Part shown: piece after piece, positions 62,562-64,000 of the stretch | Numbering within the stretch: position 1 is the first letter of the stretch | Layout: each line of letters begins with the position of its first letter | Origin: Utricularia gibba | Taxonomy: Eukaryota; Plantae; Magnoliophyta | Reading direction: 5' to 3' | Length of the DNA: 64,000 bases | Assembly (NCBI GenBank): GCA_002189035.1 | Contig: NEEC01000002.1 | Coordinates: 2,418,001-2,482,000, forward strand | Program-made: the position numbers and the translations under genes | The notes under the pieces: generated by a model | The model's input: only the letters and a program-made list of their open reading frames with translations | Database searches by the model: none | Told to the model about the DNA's origin: nothing

Positions 62562-62936
62562 ATGAAAAGGCTGCGGGAGGTGTTCAAAACCATCACGGGG
62601 AGGCTGATGCTGATCCCTCTGGCCATACTTCTGGCGACGTATCAAGTGAAAGGAATCGATCCCCTTCAAATTCCCATGATGAAACTATTCCTAGCTAACT
62701 TCATCGCGTACTGGACAATCGACGCCGTGAACGGCGCCTGCTCAGCGTCGGACGAGTTGATGTTTCTTCCGGCTTCGTTCACAGCCATCGTCGCAACCCT
62801 CGCCTTCTTTTTTCTCTTCCTGCACCCACGTTGCTCGTTCTACGTGCCGCTCACGCTCTCCACCCCGCTCTCCGGCCGGGATGTTAAACCGGAGACGACG
62901 CTGCCACGCCGTCTACCGCCGCGACCTCCACCTTAG
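62562..62936 (+). CDS. Single-exon 124-aa putative membrane protein of unknown function
   Basis: ATG-to-stop ORF in a GC-rich island with three hydrophobic segments (LMLIPLAILLATY, MMKLFLANFIAYW, FTAIVATLAFFFLFL) and a Pro-rich tail. AATAAA at 62949-62954. No family recognised with certainty. Confidence 0.55.
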   Translation: MKRLREVFKTITGRLMLIPLAILLATYQVKGIDPLQIPMMKLFLANFIAYWTIDAVNGACSASDELMFLPASFTAIVATLAFFFLFLHPRCSFYVPLTLSTPLSGRDVKPETTLPRRLPPRPPP

Positions 62937-63082
62937 ACTTAACCTTATAATAAATGCCCTTAACATTTTCCGGGTTCGCAACGACAAAAAGCGGGGTGGA
63001 GAGCGTCAGCGGCCCGTAGAACGAGCAACGTGGGTGCAGGAAGAGAAAAAGGAAGGCCAGGTTGCGACGATGGCTGTGAACG
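62776..63082. repeat. Long inverted repeat: arms 62776-62869 and 62990-63082, 120-nt loop
   Basis: Manual alignment gives 94 vs 93 nt with 4 mismatches and 1 indel, including a 36-bp perfect run (62809-62844). Bracketed by the direct repeat CGGCTTCGTT at 62770-62779 and 63081-63090. Confidence 0.95.
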
Positions 63083-63591
63083 GCTTCGTTTTATACAATT
63101 TACGCGCCCCACTGTAAAAAGAAAAATTATATTTTGTATTATCTCATTATATATATATTGAAATGATAATATTATTCCCAAGATTCCCTATCACCATTAT
63201 ATTCATATATTACCATAATAAATATGATAATTTACTTAATTATTAATTATTTACATATATAATTCATGTTATCTTATTTCGTATACAAAAAAGATATACT
63301 ATATTATTTACCTTTTTGATATTTTGTATTAGTTTCACATTTTTTACAATGGGGATGCTTCATGAGATCCGAATATAGACACATTTTACTTTTTAAAAGG
63401 AAACCATTTGCCACGTGAATTAATGTCCCCTTACGTTATGGGCTTCGGGCAGTGGGTTCTTTATGGGCCTCCACGTGAGCTCATGGGGAGTTGCCCGAAA
63501 GATTCGTGAACTTCAGAGTTCCTTCCGTCAATGCTCGCTCAGTATCTGATTCTGTAAAGCTCGGCGTTCTCGGTTTCCGAACTGCCCAAGG

Positions 63592-64000
63592 ATGGCAACA
63601 AGGCCGGAACAAGAAGCCAAGCTCCAGGTTTTCCTGCAATGGCTGAAGGTCAATGACTTGCATTTTTTCTTTCAGAAGCTTCTTATTTTTCGTACTTTTT
63701 ATGGTCTTCAAAGTTAACGTTCTCGAAATAGAGCAATTGTTGATACAGGCGAATGGAGCAGAATTACGGGGTTGTGAAATCAAATACTGCGATTCGAGCA
63801 AACGGTTCGGAATATTTTCGTCGAACCACGCGCGTGATGGTAAACACTCAAGAGCTCTATGAATGAAATTCAAAATGCACTGTCTTTAGTGCTCTGAAAT
63901 AATCATCCTTTTATGTAATTGAGAAATTTAGATGCTTTCTTTCCAGTTGTTGCTTTATTCATCAGGTATTGTTGCTCTATGTTGTTTTTTGTTTTTAATA
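63592..64000 (+). CDS. SET-domain protein-lysine methyltransferase (Rubisco LSMT-like class; At1g01920-like), 5' part only
   Basis: Exon 63592-63648 MATRPEQEAKLQVFLQWLK joins exon 63749-63839 ANGAELRGCEIKYCDSSKRFGIFSS. Site II motifs at ~63440-63475. Truncated by the window end. Confidence 0.8.

Noticed and set aside
1-64000. CRISPR arrays, operons, rRNA or organellar insertions
   Set aside because: None seen. The window is spliced eukaryotic nuclear DNA with no regularly spaced repeat-spacer array.

Overview
Plant (eudicot) nuclear DNA from a compact, gene-dense region: about 17 intact or near-intact protein genes, mostly 70-150 nt introns, and AT-rich spacers. The species cannot be identified from sequence alone. 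In order: BRAHMA (3' end cut off), beta-cyanoalanine synthase CYS-C1, a solo LTR with a 5-bp TSD, ATI1/2-like, PIP1 aquaporin, SKP1-like ASK20/21, a TRM/DUF4378 pseudogene, RopGEF, tRNA-Cys(GCA), PRL1, a spliced 82-aa basic protein missed by the ORF track, remorin, MYB17-like, a RING-H2 E3 ligase, KEA1/2, an intron-containing CSN1 pseudogene, an At4g22758-like gene, SOC1-like, an unassigned minus-strand region, SAM50, a 124-aa membrane ORF whose 3' part is duplicated as a ~94-bp inverted repeat, and the start of a SET-domain gene. The most notable items are that hairpin (candidate young hpRNA/MIRNA locus or foldback element), the CSN1 pseudogene, a three-copy MITE-like family, five GC-AG introns, and four single-base losses in homopolymer runs of otherwise intact genes, which look like assembly error. 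No prokaryotic-type systems or CRISPR arrays are present. All gene names come from recalled family motifs, not database searches.
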